Source: Octopus sinensis
Taxonomy: Eukaryota
Direction of reading: 5' to 3'
DNA length: 64,000 nt
Assembly (NCBI RefSeq): GCF_006345805.1
Contig: NC_043006.1
Coordinates: 31,620,001 to 31,684,000, forward strand
Part shown: positions 62,125-64,000 of the stretch, piece after piece
How positions within the stretch are numbered: position 1 is the first letter of the stretch
How the letters are laid out: every line of letters begins with the position of its first letter
Translations under genes and position numbers: made by a program
The notes under the pieces: generated by a model
What the model saw: only the letters and a program-made list of their open reading frames with translations
The model's database searches: none
Told to the model about the DNA's origin: nothing

Positions 62125-62869
62125 AATTATATATTATATATATATTTAATAGTTATTTCATATTTTATATTTATTCTTATTTGTTGCGACCTCAAATTAC
62201 TGTAACATAAAATGGCACTCGTCTGGTTCTCATGAAAAAATTAGGAAAATATACATAGGCGCAGGCTTAAGCCTTAAGAAAATAAAAGAAAAAAATATAC
62301 ATTAATTGGATGGCAGTTGACTCTCAAGAGTTCCTCCGCCCTTTGACGGGTTTTGTTTTGGTGGGGTTGCCGGTTTAGTCGCCGACGGCCCGACCATGCA
62401 ACAGGTTGTACTGGGTTACATGTTACCAGTAGCACTCGAAAGTGACCTGACATATACATATATATGTAGGTATGTACATATATGTATGTATACATGCATA
62501 TATTTATATATTATTTATATTATTATATGATCGAACGCCACGCATCCTTTTCCAAGTATATATATATATATATATATACGACGGGATTTTTTCAGTTTCC
62601 ATCTAAAAAATCCACTCAATTTGGTCAGCCCGAGGCTATAGTAGAAGACACTTACCCAAGGTACCACACAGTGGGACTGAACCCGGAACCAAGTGGTTGG
62701 TAAGAAAGCTACTTACCACGCAGCCACGCCTGCGCCTATGTATATTTTCCTAATTTTTTCATGAGAACCAGACGAGTGCCATTTTATGTTACAGTAATTT
62801 GAGGTCGCAACAAATAAGAATAAATGTAAAATATGAAATAAATATTAAAAATATATATAATATATAATT
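62125..62869. repeat. 142-bp inverted duplication (62125-62266 and 62728-62869)
   Basis: Near-identical reverse complements, including the first ~11 nt of the SINE B head. Confidence 0.9.
62579..62738 (-). mobile_element. SINE family B 5' half
   Basis: TAGGCGCAGGCGTGGCTGCGTGGTAAGTAGC...GGTTCAGTCCCACTG...CCCGTCG. Confidence 0.85.
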
Positions 62870-63654
62870 AAAAACTTCATTCCAGCTAAAAAGGCAAGCT
62901 TAGAAAGGGCGTGTAGACTGATAGGGCCTAAAAAGGGTCAGGATGTATAATTCCCTAAGGGATTAACGCTCTCAACGGGGTTGTAGTTCGAAGAGTCTTT
63001 TCATTAATTCCAGTCAGCCTCTTTTTCTTTTCACTTTCTCTTACCGAATCATTTTATTGTTTATGGAGGCTTTTTTGTACATTTTTTACTGTTTTTTTTT
63101 TTTTTACATATTTTATATAAGTGTGCACTATGACCGAAGGATTAAGTTCCCTTCGCAACCACGAGGACCCAGGTTCGATCTTATACATTGTGAATGAATC
63201 TGAGTAGACGGAAATTGCATAGAAGCCAGTCGGGTGGAATATAATAATGCGTCACGCTGATTAATCTGGAGAATTACGTTCTGGGTACACGGTCTGTGGA
63301 ATACTCGAGCACTTTGACGTTAATTTAGCAACAGCAGCACCGCCGCCACCACCACAACATATCTTTGTATATGAATAGACTTGTGTTTGTGTGTGTGTAT
63401 GTGTGTGGTGTGTGTGTGTGTGTGTGTGTGTGTGTATCTTTACACTTACATGTGTGTGTTGTGTGTGTGCATGCGTGTGTATAAACCACTTGGGCGCAGA
63501 CATGGCTGTGCAATTAAGAAGCAAGCACACAGACACCTGTCAAACAGTTGAGAAAGAAAGAAAGAAAGAAAGAAAGAGAAAGAAAGAAAGAAAGAAAGAA
63601 AGACAGGAAGAGAGGAATCATCTCTGCTCCGTATTTCATTGATACTAAATCGAT

Positions 63655-63760
63655 CGCGATCGATCATGATGAAAGGCAAAATTGAAGTTGGCGGAATTTC
63701 AAGTCAGAGTTCGGACAGCCACAACGATTGCCGCAAAGAAATCTTACCGACGCTCTAACT
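63655..63760 (-). mobile_element. SINE family A, decayed
   Basis: GATGAAAGGCAAAATTGAAGTTGGCGGAATTTCAAGTCAGAG on the plus strand. Confidence 0.6.
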
Positions 63761-63826
63761 CTAACGACTTTCACTCTTTGACGGATGTATATGGGCGACA
63801 CGTGTGTATATACATCTCTGGGGTCA

Positions 63827-63880
<54 letters not shown>

Positions 63881-63882
63881 CT

Positions 63883-63917
<35 letters not shown>

Positions 63918-64000
63918 GTATATATATGTAAGTATGCATGTATGAGTTTACACATTTATGCATGTGACTGTGTGTCTATATGTGGAGATGCACATGTGTC

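Overview
AT-rich, microsatellite-saturated eukaryotic DNA. I infer a cephalopod (Octopus-like) genome from my recognition of the SINE and LINE families, not from a database search. No intact, recognisable host gene, rRNA, true tRNA or CRISPR array is present, and most listed ORFs are translations of simple repeats. The window is a mosaic of decayed mobile elements: Tc1/mariner (a DD37D maT 3' end, DD34D-type mariner derivatives, MITEs), hAT and piggyBac-like MITEs, Helitron/Helentron-type non-autonomous elements, R4/Dong-type RLE LINEs, Tx1/L1 and CR1 fragments, Penelope-like (PLE) RT fragments and termini, and at least three tRNA-derived SINE families. Most interesting signals: (1) several hammerhead-ribozyme folds at PLE-type termini, two complete or nearly so (3443-3494 and 39885-39929, both minus strand); (2) a recurring nested architecture linking one SINE family, (ATT)n tracts, R4/Dong LINEs and Tx1-type tails; (3) local rearrangement footprints (a 282-bp copy inserted into a SINE 4000 bp from its homologue, a 142-bp inverted duplication including a SINE head, an ~85-bp direct repeat around a Helentron); (4) a speculative phase-compatible chain of short plus-strand exons. 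All alignments and folds were done by eye; boundaries are approximate unless a TSD or TIR is quoted.
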